64,000 nucleotides of DNA from Octopus sinensis. Taxonomy: Eukaryota. The stretch is taken from positions 114,328,001 to 114,392,000 of the forward strand of contig NC_042999.1 in NCBI RefSeq assembly GCF_006345805.1. Reading direction: 5' to 3'. A program made the translations under genes and the position numbers. Every line of letters starts with the position of its first letter. Positions within the stretch are counted from its first letter, which is position 1. The notes below the pieces were generated by a model. The model had not been told where the DNA came from and did no database searches. It saw nothing but the letters and a program-made list of their open reading frames with translations. Of the stretch, positions 38,503-54,317 are shown piece after piece.

Positions 38503-41072
38503 ACATACACACACACACACAAACACACACACACGCACGCACGCACGCACAGAGCTAAACCTCTGTAAGTCCGATCTCACATATAGATCTTGTGAAAATT
38601 GCATCACAAAAATCAGCTTCTAATAGATAAACGTACATAACGCCGAAATATGTATAACTAACACCCGTCCAGGCTGGAGATCGACTAGAACCATAATTAA
38701 CACACGTTTTCTGTTATCAAATCAATGCAGCTTAGGGTATAATTCATATAAACAAATGGAAAAAGAAGGCAAGGAATTTATTATATTAAAAGTTGCAACC
38801 TATTTCCCCCTCACTTTGTATATACATGTCGAGCCAAATCGCGTGTGTTTGTTCGACTGAATTCTAGAGATATGAACAATATTGAAAGGTTTTGCAGCTG
38901 AAACAGTGCTATCAAGCATTGGTTTTCTCAAGAGCTGTATGCATTCATCTCGTTCTCACACTAAGTATCTTAATAGGACTGCATGTATACCATGTGGATG
39001 AATTTTCCCAAACAGCTTGGCACCCGCATCTTCTGTGTTAGCGTTCCCTCTAGGTGCACACTGCTGAAACTACAGTGCAATAGATGATGATTGAAACACA
39101 AATTACATGGTCTACAGTATATTTCAACCGGCAAATTATTGTTTGCCGTCCTTATTTGCGTTTCAATGATGTCTGCAAACAGGACATAAAAACACAGACG
39201 TAAACACTTTTACAAAATGTATTTCATAGATATTTCCTGTAATCTATTCTATATAAGAAGCAATGCAAATGTAAATCACTCAATCTCATTTTTACATTCT
39301 CTTTCACTCTTTTCCTCTCTCATTTCCTTTTACCAATTCAAATTATGTTTCAAAGCAGGAATAATTTATTTATCAGTAAATACATTTATGGTTGGATTTT
39401 GTTATTCAAATACATTATTAGAAAGACTTTATACATCAAGTTTGTTTCAATTAGTTTTGATAACAATTGTATGCATATTTTATGGCTATTTTCTTTGGAT
39501 GTTTAATTAATCAAATGTAAAATGTTACATAAGTGAATTGTAAAGCGTTATAGGTTATAATTATAACATGTTCACAATGCTGATGGCTTTCAGAACACAA
39601 TATATGAAATGCTGTCATCATGATCAAAGATAAAATGGTCATAAAAAAATGGTAGTTATATAACAGTATGTATAAAACCGTAAAAAAAAAAGCCCAGCTA
39701 TAAACAAGCTATTATTGGTTTGTATTTACAACTAAAACTGCCTATTCATAATGCCTAGTCACACGCACTAAATAATCTGGTGATATACAAAAAAGTATTC
39801 TAAAATGTTGTGTCAATTTATTATTGAGTAATAGCTTTAATTAATGGCCTGTCTTTCAAATGAAAATCAAAATTTCGAATTTCTGTTGCTATTAGTATGT
39901 ACCGTAAATAGCTGGATAAGTAGCAGAGTACATTACTCGATAACTGCTTTTATTGCATCTGTTAAGGTAAAAATTAAGGGATAGCTATAACCCTTGTAAG
40001 TAAGTTGTCTTTAAGACATTGAACATTAAAGCTACTTAATCTGTGCAGGCCACCGTGTTCTGGAAAAATCACTTGAATGTTACTGTGACCTAGTCGAGCT
40101 ATTTGTCATTAGGCAATTTACTACAAATGGAACCAGTTAGTGAAGGCAACGGAAAAAAAAACGAGAAACTGCCGAACGTTTCGATATTTTTTGTTTGTTT
40201 AATTAAAGTCAGGTGATGGTCATAACCTGAACGATATTTCACAGTTGTTTATCACTATAAATCCTTGTTTGCTAAGTTTCCTCCTCTCAATGGTAATACA
40301 TGTAAGAATCTGTGATGAAAGAAATTAGATTGTATTAAACAAGTGCCTAAACAAAATTATCTTTTTCTCATTGTTTCTCCCACCGCAATTGGAATCAGTG
40401 ATGGCAACACTGTCACTAATCCAGTTAAAAAATGAGTGAGAGTTATACATTTCTGAAGATTTGACAATGTAATTGGATTATATAATTTATATTATATAAC
40501 TGATAATTATTTTTTGTAGATGAAATGTACGTAAGGCTTTATAACTAAATATTATATAAAACAAATTCTGCTGCTTTAATGTGACATATATGCACACACA
40601 CACACACACATTCACACACACACACACACACACATTCACACACACACACACACAAACGCACGCTCACACACACGCACGCACGCACGCACACGCACAAACA
40701 CACACACACACACACCAATTAATGAATGACAATAAGGGTTGCATGGTCACCTTCGTCAGCTTACTGCTATTTCTGCTTTAAGTGCCGAGTGCTTGCGCAA
40801 CATCCTATAGTTTTCTCTGCACCATTTTGAATGCTTGTAGCTTAGTTTATTCTTTTGCAAGCGTTACAATCTGTCCTTCAGATTTATTAGTAAACATTAT
40901 TCTTGATCGCTTGTCTCTATAAGTGAAAGCCAGAAACCTCTGCTTGTTCACATTATTTCCTGCAGATATCAACCTAGAAATGTTCAAACTAAGCAACCAC
41001 TACATTAATCTCACTAGCCTGGGTATGGTCTGCAAAATTCATGATCCCCGTAGGTACTCTTGAGGAAAAATT

Positions 41073-41215
41073 ATGTATGTATGTATGTATGTATGTATGT
41101 ATGTATGTATGTATGTATGTATGTATGTATGTATGTATGTATGTATGTATGTATGTGTATGTTTGTATGTGCATGTGTATGTATGTGTATGTTTGTGTGT
41201 ACATATGTATGTATG

Positions 41216-41248
<33 letters not shown>

Positions 41249-41354
41249 GTATGTTTGTATGTGTATGTTTGTGTGTGCATATGTATGTATGTATGTATGT
41301 ATGTATGTGTATGTTTGTATGTGCATGTGTATGTATGTGCATGTTTGTGTGTGC

Positions 41355-41385
<31 letters not shown>

Positions 41386-41408
41386 TGTATGTGTATGTTT
41401 GTGTGTGC

Positions 41409-41439
<31 letters not shown>

Positions 41440-41456
41440 TGTATGTATGTATGTAT
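41073..41456. repeat. Long compound (ATGT)n microsatellite; other large tracts include (AG)n 17105-17183, (CCTA/CTAT)n 32441-32712, (CTAT)n 42938-43029 and triplet arrays at 45751-45935
   Basis: Read directly. Confidence 0.95.
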
Positions 41457-42235
41457 AGTGAAGGTGCGTGACTTAGTGGTTAGGCGTATTCTGCTCACTA
41501 TCGTAAGGGTGTGAGTTTGATAACCGGTGGCGCATTTTGTCCTCGCGCAAAGCTCAGCTGGCGAAAATGAGTAGTACCTGTATTTCAAAGGGCCAGCCTT
41601 ACCTCAGTCTGAGTCACGCTGAATCTCCTTGAAAATTACGCTAAGAGTACGAGTGTCTGTGGAGTGCTCAGCCACTTGCATGTTAATTTCACGAGCAGGC
41701 TGTTCCGTTGATCGGATCAACTGTAACCCTCGTCGTCGCACCCGACGGAGTACCATTATGTATGTATATTATGATTTCGCCTTAGGCATAGCGGTACTAA
41801 TAACCAGTTATTAGAAGTCAATATACACATATTTTAGCGCAAAGCGAATACAAAGCGTAATGTTAATTAATGACTGACAGGGAAACAAGAATAATGCAAT
41901 CAACTTCACAGGCTGTTTCTGCAATAAGAAGCTGTGTACTCAGAGCTGAGTACGTGTGCAACATCCTATGGCTTCTTCGAAGTCATTATAATGAAGTGGT
42001 GAAGGTATGACTATGGCAAAAGAAAAATAAACAATGCGGTACGCTCTCTGTCTGTGTTTCCTTCTTTTTTCTCCCCCCTCTCTCTCTATATATATAAAAG
42101 GTGTGTGTGTGTATGTATATATATATATGCATATGTGAGTATAAGCATACACACACGCATGCATATTCCTTCTTTCTTTATACATATATACATACATACA
42201 TACGTGCACACACACACACACACACACAACACACA

Positions 42236-42277
<42 letters not shown>

Positions 42278-42935
42278 GAGTGTTGGTGGTTAGTGAATTA
42301 CAGTTATTGTTTTTTTCTCTTATCACTGTAATTGACTTAACCGCTAGAAATTAATTTTGTCTATCAATTTGTCTGTGAGTGCAATAAAATGTTGTCAAAT
42401 GGATTATCCTACTGACTTCAGACGAAAATGTTGATTAATTATCTTATGTTGATTAATTGTCTGGATAGATAGTATATTAAAGAACTGATCGGTTAAATTG
42501 ATATTTACAGTTTGTCTATTTGCCTTGTTGTTGGCGTTGCCCATCAAGCGGTAAAAATTCATCTCGCATTGCGAGTTTATTTCATAAGTCGATTGTGTAT
42601 CAAATTATAATATCTGATGAAGTGAATGAACTCTAAATTTATTGCGTAGATTGCATGACTATGGCACTCGTTCATCGAAACATGCATAACATTGATTTGA
42701 TTTCTCTTTTCGTCAATTTAAATTATTATTATTCACTGTTTGGATTATAACATGCTTATTTCTCATACATGCCTTGTTCTGGCGAAGTATTCCATTAATA
42801 ATTGATCGAAGTATAATTAATCATCCTTTGGTTAATTAAAAAGTGCAAACTTTACACCTCATTCGAACACGTTGCTAACCAGGTTCCTGCATGAAGTGGT
42901 GAAGCGATCGCTTGGATTTTTGTATCCCCTCAATT

Positions 42936-43030
<95 letters not shown>

Positions 43031-44027
43031 GCTGTCTGTCTGTCTGTCTGTACACACACACACACATATATAATGAACGTTAAGCATACAGTTACGATCG
43101 TACAAGATACTACAGATATCCTCGCTAGCATGTCTAAACTATGGTCGAACCAATACATCGCGCAAAGCATCTCCACATTACAATAAAATTCTAACTTGTA
43201 GTGTTTTCACTGCCAAGCTTAATACGTAAGTAGCCTACAAAAAAGAACTTTACATTTTAAAAAGACATTTAGTTTCACCGTTCTCAAAATTCGAATGTAT
43301 ACTCAAATCTAGGCTCAAGCCATCTTACACTTACCATTTCACACTTTCCTACTTCACAGTGCTGTTATTATATCTTTAACAAATATTTTGCTAAGGAGTG
43401 TTATAGTTGTTTGTGTAACGATAGCTGTTTTGGTAAGGAGGCAAAATTCCAACCCTGAAATTGCAGACACGACTTGGTGTTTTCTGAGTGAAAAATATCT
43501 ATAAACGATATAGTATAGAATAGACGTAGAATCGGAAAACTGTACAGAAAAATATATGTACGTGTGTCCCTAAACACCTTTAAGGGGAAATTCAAATAGC
43601 ATATCCATTCGTTTAGATATCATGAGTAACATGATATCTCTTGTGAAATGCACTTAGTTTTTGAAAGACATCTTGATCGTATCTTGAACGCAAGACATGA
43701 AAAGCATTTAACCTCGAATAGCAAGGATGGCATTTTCCAAATTTTGATGAGGATTTGATGTTCCGCACATCTATACAGCATGATTGGAGTCTTCAGCGAC
43801 AACATAAAAGCATCAATCCATTTCTATGTCAGACTGTCTAAATCTTTTAGCATCTGCAATGGTGTGAATCGAAAATTTGTTTTGGCACCAATGTTTTGGG
43901 AATATTCTTTACTCTGCTTTTAGAATATGCTTACAGGGTTTCAACGAAAAAATCCACACTGCATACCTGACCAAACAGACATCTATACAATTTCGCAAAA
44001 TTGATATTCCAAACGCAGTTATGTTAC

Positions 44028-44336
44028 CAGAGGCGAAGATAATACGGGAGCGAGGGGGGCGTCCGCTTCCCCCGAGCACGTTTTTCAAATTTGGTACCTT
44101 TTCAACAGTTTTTCTCACTCTTTAGTTAACTATATTAATAGTTGTAAATTTCATACATAATGACATTGTTAATGAAATATGAAATTAATAAGTGTAGAAT
44201 AAATTACGTATATTATAACTAATGAAATATTTCGCGTAATATAAGAGAAATTAGTTAAAAATTGTTTGGTGTGTGTCACGGCGCCTTTTTTTTATGTGCG
44301 CGCTCCCACTAACTTTAGAACATGGCTAGGCCTCTG
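44028..44336. mobile_element. Probable hAT-like MITE
   Basis: Termini cagaggc / gcctctg with GC-rich subterminal blocks; TSD is only partial. Confidence 0.45.
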
Positions 44337-44673
44337 ATGTATATACCTTATCAGTGATATGTTTACGAACTATTAACCTAATATTTAACAAAAACAAAAT
44401 ACGTTGATATTTCCTTAATATTTACATCTACACGATTCTAAGCATACATATAAATTACACCACTATTTGATGTGCAAATTACAATTACCAACACCAAAAT
44501 AAAGAAGATCCAAATCAGAAATGGATGTGCGGTTAAGAAGCTTGCTTTGCAACCACGTGGTGTCAGGTTCAGTCTCATAGCGCGGTACGTTGGGCAGGTG
44601 TCCTCTGTTACAGTCCCAAGACGAACTATGCCTTGTGAGTGAATCTGCGTGGAAGCCCATCACACACACACAA

Positions 44674-44704
<31 letters not shown>

Positions 44705-44733
44705 CGTATTTATGTATCTATGTATGTGTGCAT

Positions 44734-44927
<194 letters not shown>

Positions 44928-45749
44928 AAATACATATAATTGCCAACCAAATGTGGCGTCCTATACAGGACAGTGCTACTGACGTTTATAACCCCAGGAA
45001 GACCAGACTATCAGATGTTGTTATACACCGCTTGGTCAGAATATGCTTCCTCGCATTGTTATAGCTTTCGAACGATGCCGCCTTGTTGGTTAGGCGGGCA
45101 GGCCAACACTCCCATTGTGTGTGTGAATGCGTGCATATGTGTGTATGTGTGCATGTGTGTGCATGTGTGCGCGCGCGCGATATAGTAACAGACTTTAAAA
45201 AGTCCTGGGGGCGATCCCTTTGACTAAAGTAATAAACCGTTCAAGGCAGTATCCCAGCTTGGCCGCAGCCCAGTGACTGAAACTTCTATAAAATATAAGA
45301 TAAATGATAAAAGCGGTATATATAAAAACATTATTCATCTTTAAAGATGACGTTAATGTTCTGAAAAACTATAATCTTAAGTGTAACTCATCACAGGACT
45401 TAATGCTCTTAGTTGCTATCACGTTTTATATGTAGAGGGCTGGCCGAAAGTCACGCGCAAATAAATTCAATATACTCCGGAATTGTCGAAGACATGATTC
45501 AATTTTTCTAAAATTGGATAAAATAATCATACAGGATGAACAAAATGAATAATAATGATTTCAAGTTTTGGCGCAAGGTCAGTAATTTCCGGGGAGTAGG
45601 TAAGTTGATTATACTAGACTCCAGTATTCAACTGGTACTCATTTTACTGACACGGCGACGTAATTTGAACTCAGGACGTAAGGACGGACGAAATACCGCT
45701 AAGCATTTTGCCCAGCGCGCTCATGATTCTGCCAGCTCGCCGCTGTTTG

Positions 45750-45827
<78 letters not shown>

Positions 45828-45934
45828 ACTACTACTACTACTACTACTACTAATAATAATAATAATAACAATAATAATAATAACAATAATGATGATGATG
45901 GTGATGATGATGATAGTAATAATAATAATAACTA

Positions 45935-46830
45935 CTAAAGACAGTGAATAAGGAACAGGCGATGAAACGGGTAATAGGAGAAAAGGACAAAAATGAAATT
46001 CAAAGAGAGCACGTTAGACAGATTGAAGAGAAGTCAATTTTGGAGAGCCATTGAAAATGTATGTGGAGCAGAATCCTGGGCTTGGTTAAAAAGGGCAATT
46101 AATAAAAGAAACAAAGAGTCTAATTGTAGTAGCCCAGGATCAAGCGATAAAAAACAAACTGCTTGTGAAAAAGTGTATATGGGGAGAATGTGTCAGAAAA
46201 ATGTAGTCTGTGGAACTTGGAACGAGACAGTGGCATACATTGTTGCAGAATGTCCCAAGTTGGTACAGGAAGAATAAGAAATGGAGGCATGACCAAATTG
46301 TAAAAGTTTTACACTGGAAGCTTTGCCAGAAATAGGAATTTGAAGATGGAGACACGGTATAAACGTCAGGTCGAAAGAATGCTGGAGTTGGAGAATTGTA
46401 AGATTTTGTGGCACTTTCATATTCAAACGGACAAGAAGCTAGAAAATAATAAACCAGACATAACAATAATAGACAAGGAAAAGCGAACTTGCCACTAATT
46501 GATCCATCATGTCCGTTTGATTCCAGGATCGTAAAGAAAGACGGAGAAAAAGAATATCTATAATCCCTTAAAATTTGAAATTACAAGAATTTGGATTATG
46601 AAATGTGTAAAGGTTGTGCCTATAATAATAAGCAAAGATATAGAGAAATGGTTAAAGGGGATTGGAATAGAATGTCTTGTGGAGCTACAGAAAGTTTGCC
46701 TGATAGGGACAGGGAAGATTATTAGGAGGGTCCTAAGCATTTGAAGGACTATTTAAAGCTCGTGGCTACCTAAGGTCAAAGAATGTAACCCGCTACCCAC
46801 ATAAATTCTATTAGGAATAAGTATGAACCC
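45935..46830 (+). mobile_element. 5'-truncated R4/Dong-type RLE LINE relic between triplet microsatellites
   Basis: QFWR..., SWAWLKR, AQDQAI, ETVAYIVAECPKL, RHD....LHW, KILW.F.IQTD, NKPDI and DPSCPFD (CCHC and PD-D/ExK region). Confidence 0.85.
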
Positions 46831-47832
46831 GAGTCAAATCAACAACAACAACAACAACAACAACACCAGCAGCAGCAGCAACAGCAGCAACGGCAACAAC
46901 AACAACGCAATATAAAGAAAATAAACGTTTTTTGCGTGACTTTTGACCCACCCTGTATATCAAGAGTGCTTTCGGTAACCTGTATTTTTTTAAAAAAAGG
47001 TAATGCAACTTTAAATCTATCTAATTTTTTACAATCATTTTCTTCAACTCTTTCTCTCGCATTCACTTTCACTTACACAAATTATTTTTCAAAGTAGGAA
47101 CAATTATTTTCCCGTAATACATTTTTAGTTGAACTTTGTTATTCAAATACATCGTTAGAAATAATTTACGTTATTACGTTCATTTCAGTTAGTTTTGATA
47201 ACAATCTTATCCAAATTTATTGCTATTTTACTTGCTTTGAAGATTTCAATTAAACACAAGTTTTATGATACATCAGTGCATTGTAAAGCTTTACAGGTCA
47301 TAATGGTGGCATGTTCACAATACTGGTGGATTTCAGAAGACAAATATTTAAACTACAAAAAACAAAACACGACAAAAAACATCCCCTTCTCCCAGAACAA
47401 ACAGAAATCTCAAGTTGGAAATAAGCTATTGTTGGTTTGTATTTACAACCAAAGCTACTTATTCATGATGCTCAGTCACAAGCACTTAATTATCCGAGGG
47501 TGTAGACTGTAAAATATTCTGAAATATCGCGTGTCTGTTGTTGCATAATAGCTTTAATTGAAGGCTCCATACCAAGCTTCTGAACGCAAACAAAAATTTA
47601 CAATAACTATCTGTAATTAGAATATGCAATAGGACGGTGGTTAGACAGAATCGTTGGAGTGCCGGGAAAATGCCTTTGCGTATTTCTTCTGGCTCTTTTA
47701 CGTCTTGGGTCAAGACCCCGCCGAAGAGAACTTTGCCTTTCATCCCTCCGGGAGTAAAAGTAACAGTCAAGTACTAGGGTGATTGTTATCGACTAAATCC
47801 CTCCCCCCAAAACACTGTTGGCCCTGTGATTT

Positions 47833-48183
47833 CAGTGGTTCTCAATCGGGATCCATATAGCCCCTGAAGGTTCATGTAAGATTCTTAAGGGTCCACGTAA
47901 CAAAACAATAAATTGGGGGTCCACAGTAGTATTTTATGGGTTCCTGAAAACATTTCGCTTCAGATGTATGTATTGGTATGTACTACAAGAAACAGCTAGG
48001 TTTCTTTCTCTAAATTTTTACATAGTTCAACCTATACAAGTTAATGTGTGAAAATCAAGATAGGAATTTTGAAAGAAGTGTCTATAAAACTAGCTTTTAA
48101 TCATCGAATGGCTATAAGGGTCCACCAGAATAAAATAATAATCAACGGGGCGCATAGATAAAAAAAATGGTTGAGAACCCCTG
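47833..48183. mobile_element. hAT-type MITE inserted in a SINE tail
   Basis: TIR cagtggttctcaa / ttgagaacccctg. Confidence 0.7.
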
Positions 48184-50184
48184 GCTTAAATCGAAAACCA
48201 TAAAGACGTACTGTAGGTGGGTATGTGATAGAACATATGATCCAAGTCCTGTTTTTATTTTTTGTCTTCTATCATTGAAGGTGAAAGCTAATAAAAGCTA
48301 GAGCTGATTTAGTAAAGTTCTTTGGATGCCGATGTCGCAAAGCTAAATTTTCACGAGACTTAGCTTGCATCTTTTCCCAGAGTTCCGGGAAAATTATTCG
48401 TATGACGCTACGAGTGAGCTGAGTTAATTGAAAGAGATACTATATAACAGATGTACATGACGTGTGTTTCGTTATTGTTATAATGTTGAATTGTATTGAA
48501 ATGTCAGTCTTGATATGGGCGAAGCTTGTGTTCCCTTCCAGAACGCGAGAGAGTTGGTAGTTGTTCATTATGGTAATCTATTTCATTATTTTTATTATGT
48601 TGTACTCAGTGATAAATGCAGGAATCTCTGATGAACGGCAATTGTCTCAACAAAATTCCATTTTCTTCCAGCGAATAAAAACTCTTTTCATAGGAGTAGA
48701 TAATTTTGTTTCACTTAGTGTCGGAAATCTTGTCACCAAAATTAGTAAAAATTTTTTCTCTAGACTTAAAAAACAGCAAACAGCAACCATAACGTAAATC
48801 CAAGGATTAAACAATATATTGTTTAAGTTGGCCAGGGTAAATCTTCCTACACAATTGTAGAATTATGAAAAGCTACGAAGCGGTCTAGTAACATCTCTAC
48901 CAGGCTACTTTCAGTATCTGATGAGGACTATTACAGGTCACTAGGGTTGAATGAAAATATATCCTATGATGAAACATAATACCAGGGAATGTTGCGCATA
49001 GATGAAAATAATACAGTCTTCATAACTTTCTGCATATGATAAATTAGCAACCTACAATGTGTTAGCTGTGTCAGTGCTCATACCAACATTTGGGTAGCTT
49101 AAAGGGACGTCATACATTTTAAACCGGAAAACTATGAGCCAGTACCAAAAATTTTCCATCAGGAGGCCATCCCTACTCAAAATGAAAGCAAGGAAGCAGG
49201 CGCTTAACATTCTTTCAAAGAGCCTTTGAATATCGGATCCTATCTTTTCGACAGCATCTCATAACCACTAAATATCGAAGTGATTCTATATATCAAATCT
49301 GTATGCAAGAGACAAGTAGCCATGTGAATAATTGAAAAGGCTTCTTCGAAAATTAATTAGTAACTGATGACTAATGATACATGCCCAAGAAAGTTGTATA
49401 GCTTCGTCGCACCAACATCAGACGAAAAGCTAGTGGAAGTTCATGCATGGCTAAACTTCATTAGTAGAGTAGTCCATCTTGAACTAAAAATTGGTGTATT
49501 ACCTCGCACTTTAAAGGCATGGTCTAGTAATCTAAGGACAGGAAATAACAAAATACCCGATAAACAAAAGGAATAGGGATATAGGTAAACACTGAGATAT
49601 GGCAAACAGTGCTCTCAAATACCCTCACAATGCTGTGTACCTTTCATAATAACGTCGTTGTCTAAAAGCTATGAAATGTAATTCCTTGAAAAGATAGTTC
49701 TGATTTTGAAAATATATTAAAAGTTACACTGACGTGGAAGGAACTCACTCATGAAATAATACTGGCAAAATGTCCTTGTGGAAGCTGTTTGTCAAATATA
49801 GGTACAACAGGTCAGATAATAGTTTAAGACAGCGAAAAGAAAGTGTGCACAGCAGTAGATGTTAGCATAATGTTTAAGATGAAAGAAGAAAAAGGCATCT
49901 ATGTTAAATTAATCAGAAATTTGCGAATGCTACATCCATAATATTACTTTAGATTTATACCTACCAACCTACCTACATGCATACATAATACATACGTGTG
50001 TTTATAACAAAGTCTCTAAAACGGATTTTATCTCGAACGAAAACTGTAGTCTTGCCTGTCAACAGTGTGTATACATCAAGTATGACATTTAGATGTCTAT
50101 TTTAATTTAATGCGGCTTCATTTGCAGACACATTAGATATGTGTGTGTGTGTGTGTATGTGTGTGTGTGTATGTGTGTGTGTGC

Positions 50185-51180
50185 GGCGCTGGAGAGAGTA
50201 GAGTTTCAAGGCTTTAAGGCAGTCCCAGTAATCGAGATCAGTCATACCTTCAGTTTGTTTAGTGAGTGTCCTCTAGGGTGATTCAATCCTCGAGATGTTT
50301 TGTTTTGTTAGGGAGACCACAAGGGGCAGCAGTATTCGAGGTATAGCCGTACAAAGGAGGAGAAAAGTGGACCTGAAGGTTCTTAAGATCCAGGAGCTCA
50401 TCCTACGAGCTATATCGACCTTATTGTTGATGTGGGCACTCCAACTGAGATTGTTATCAATAATTACATCCAGGTTTCCGATATTATTAGATGCCGTGAG
50501 CGGTTCCCCTGAAGGAAGAGAGTATGGCTGTTTTAGTATAGAGTTTGTTCCAAAATGCATCAGCTCAAATTTTCCCTCTTTCAGTTGCATTTTGTTTTTA
50601 TCTACCCATTGACTCACAACATATAGATCAGACTGGAGTTGAGTTCAGTCTTCTTCATTGATGAGTTGCTGGAGTTTAGTGTCATCAGCAAATATTTTCA
50701 CTTTGTAGTGATCTACGACGCTGAAAAGGTCATTTATGTAAATTATAAAGAGGAGCGGGTCCATGACAGTCCCCCGAGGGACCCCACTGGTGATTTTGCT
50801 GGGCTTGAGTGGACTCTATCGATCACAACTTCTGGTGTTCTATTCGCCAGGAAATACTTAATCCAGTGTAGAAGTTTTCCACGGATTCCAACATTTGCCA
50901 ATTTTGAGAGTAAGATATTATGGTCAACCGTGTCGAACGCTTTACTGAAGTCAAGATATATGACATCAGAGTTCGAGCCTGTTCCCAAGGCTTTAAGTAT
51001 ATCTTCAATGTGGTGTAAGAACTGTGTTAGATAGTCCCTGCCACAGCGAAAGCCATGCTGATTTGCATTTAGGAGTTTGTGGGTCTCCGGGAAGTCAGCT
51101 ATCCTTGATCTTATCACTCTTTCAAACACTTTAATGATGTGGTAGGTGAGTGAGATTGGGCGATAGTTGACTGCGAGGGA
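50185..51180 (-). pseudogene. CR1/L2-group LINE reverse transcriptase fragment
   Basis: NYRPISLT..IIKVFER, QHGFR, YLDFSKAFDTVDH, FADDTK and WSAHINNKV; frameshifted. Confidence 0.9.
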
Positions 51181-52187
51181 TATTTGTAAGTATGTGGCAA
51201 AGTGATTAGGGTGTCAGCACCATGATCGTAAGATTGTAGTTTCGATTCCTGGACCGGGCGACGCGTTGTGTTCTTGAGCAAAACACTTCATTTCACGTTG
51301 CTCCAGTCCACTCAGCTGTAAATGAGTAACGCCGCGATGGACTGGGGAACACGTACGCCACAGAAACCGGAAAACCGGGCCCATAAACCTGACTAGGCTT
51401 TAAAAGGGCGCATTTATTTTTATTATGTATGTATGTATGTATGTATGTATGTATGTATGTATGTATGTATGTGTATGTATATATGTGTGTGTGTATGTAT
51501 GTATGTATATATATATGTATGTGCGTATGTTATATATTTATATCTATATATACGATAGATTATAGGCAGACTAATAAGAAGGTCGGCACATAAATATATA
51601 ACAAAGATAGTTATCGGATTTAATTTAGTTTTGTAAGAGACCTAAACAAACTGAAAGTAAACTTGCTCCACCAACGGAGAAAACTACAATCACAAAGTTG
51701 TCATGCAACACAGTTCTATTAATCGAATGCCAGAACTCTTTTGACCTGATTGCACAGAATCTGTTGGATCGTTATTACAGCTTCATGTATCAGAAACGGT
51801 AAAAGAATTGTAGAAGTGATGCTGTTCATAGATTTATTTATGAATATCGGTGAACGCCAGCCTCTATCATGTTATCGGTATTTATCACTTGATCAGTTTT
51901 ATGAATAAATGTTTTTATCTGGCTGTCTATCTGTCTGTCTGTCTCTCCGCCATCTCTCCCTCCCTCCCTTTCTCTCCCCCTTGTACCTCTTGCTGTCAAT
52001 GTCGCTTTGTCCCCCCTCATCTCTCATATGTATATGTTGGTGCGTGTCTGTGTAGGTATGTATGTGTGTGTGCATATATGTATATATATATATATATATA
52101 TATGCTTGCACTCCACAAACTCAATACATACACATATAGATATAAATATACATGCATATACATACACACATGTACACACACAATCCC

Positions 52188-52223
<36 letters not shown>

Positions 52224-52240
52224 ATATATACATACATACA

Positions 52241-52275
<35 letters not shown>

Positions 52276-52305
52276 CCCAGCTTTGTCTTCCTGTCTGCCT
52301 GTCTT

Positions 52306-52339
<34 letters not shown>

Positions 52340-53043
52340 ACTCACTCTTTCTCTCTCCCCCTCTTTCTCTCTCTCTCTGTCTTTCTCTCTCTTGGCCCAT
52401 CTCCCTCTCTGTCTTTATAAACTACATATTTTGTCTTATTCTAACCTCTTGATGCAAGGGAGATAACCCTTTCAATCAGTCACATAGGCTGCTTGCAGAC
52501 GTGTCTATTTGAGTGTCAAAATAGACTGCTATCACGAGAGCAGTTGCATTGAAGAGGATTCTGTTCTGCTGACGTACAACAATGTTTTGACGGGAGTTAA
52601 AAAATAACATTAATTGTTGCTATATAAAATATCCCGTTGTTGTCTTGTTTGAGACTCTTTTGTAGACATAAATAGTGATATACAAACACATAACGTAGCC
52701 ATATACGTGCTTACAGACATGCATACATATATACACGCACCTACGTAGATTTAGACAAACGTACATACGTGCATATCTATAATCTCTCACTCTCCTCCCT
52801 CTCTCCTTTTTTATTCCTTTATTTGTTTCAGCCATTTGTGGCCATGCCGGAGCACCACCTTGAAGGGTTTTAGTCAAACAAATCGACCACCAAGACTTGT
52901 TTTTTAAAACTTGTACTTATTCTAAATCTTGTACTTATTCTACCTTACTCTTTTGCCGAATCGCTAAGTTACGGGGATGTAAACGCACCAACACCAGTTG
53001 TCAAGCGGTGATGGAGTGGGACAAACACAGATACACACACACA

Positions 53044-53100
<57 letters not shown>

Positions 53101-53336
53101 TACTTACGCACATAAACACGCACACACACAGCATGACCGCAGTCAAATTACTGATACAAGTAAAAGAATAAAAGAATAAAATTATATATATTTGACTGCG
53201 GCCATGCTGGAGCACCGCCTTTAGTCGAACAAATCGGCCTCAGGACTTATTATTTGTAAGCCTAGTAGTTATTCAATCAGTCACTTTTGTCGAACCGCTA
53301 AGTTGCGGGGTCGTAAACACATATGTGTCTGTGTGT

Positions 53337-53385
<49 letters not shown>

Positions 53386-53841
53386 CGAAGGCACATGGCT
53401 CAGTGGTTAGAGCGTCGAGCTTACGATCGTGAGGTTGTGAGTTCGAATCCCGGACCGGGCTACGTGTTGTGTTCTTGAGCAAGACACTTTATTTCACGTT
53501 GCTCTAGTTCACTCAGCTGTAGAAATGAGCTGCGACGTCACAGGTGCCAGGCTGTATCTGCTGTTGCCTTTCTCTTGGATAACACTGGTGGCGTGGAGAG
53601 GTGGGGCAGTATGCATGAGCGACTGCTGGTCTTCCATAAACAATCTTGCCCGATCTTGTGCCTGGGAGGGTAACTTTCTATATATACGACAGGCTTTTTT
53701 CAGTTTCCGCCCACCAAATCCACTCACAAGTCTTTGTGGTCGGCCCGAAGCTATAGTAGAAGGCACTCGACCAAGGTGCCACGCAATGGGACTGAATCTG
53801 GAACCATGTGGTCGGGAAGAAGCTTCTTACCACACATCCAC

Positions 53842-53887
<46 letters not shown>

Positions 53888-54166
53888 AACTTACTTAGAA
53901 AAATGAATATAAGCATATACACACATATATACATAAATACAGACACACACAAACACATACACACATACACACACACACATATTCGCATTAAGACATACAT
54001 TCATACGTACGCATAGACAATAATGTAAAGATATACAACACGCACATGTATGCATATCTGTCCGCCAGTATGTATAAATGAATGCATACATACATGTGTG
54101 TAAGCTTCTGTGTTAATTGTGCTAGGTGTATATGTATATATGTACATACGTATGTATGTATGTATG

Positions 54167-54230
54167 TACACTTGTTAAGTGTATACACTTGTTAAGTGTA
54201 TACACTTGTTAAGTATATACACTTGTTAAG
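54167..54230. repeat. 17-bp tandem repeat (tacacttgttaagtgta), about 3.8 copies
   Basis: Read directly; the unit is quasi-palindromic (tacactt-gtt-aagtgta). Confidence 0.9.
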
Positions 54231-54317
54231 ACTTGCAGATGCATGAAGTCACACCCCATACATACATAATTACACATGTACGCAATGACATAGATATACA
54301 AAGACATATAATATATA

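Noticed and set aside
40965-41021. Possible + strand exon (tttcctgcag ... gtatgg)
   Set aside because: No recognisable protein similarity and no partner exons were found.
48914-48982. gtat-CTGATGA...GAAA-cata-atac hammerhead-like string
   Set aside because: About 12 unpaired nt lie between the core and any stem II, and helix III is not formable; it could be chance.
48560-49700. Possible decayed coding sequence (also 43570-44020 and 31500-31900)
   Set aside because: No motif could be assigned in any frame; a tblastx or HMM search would be needed.
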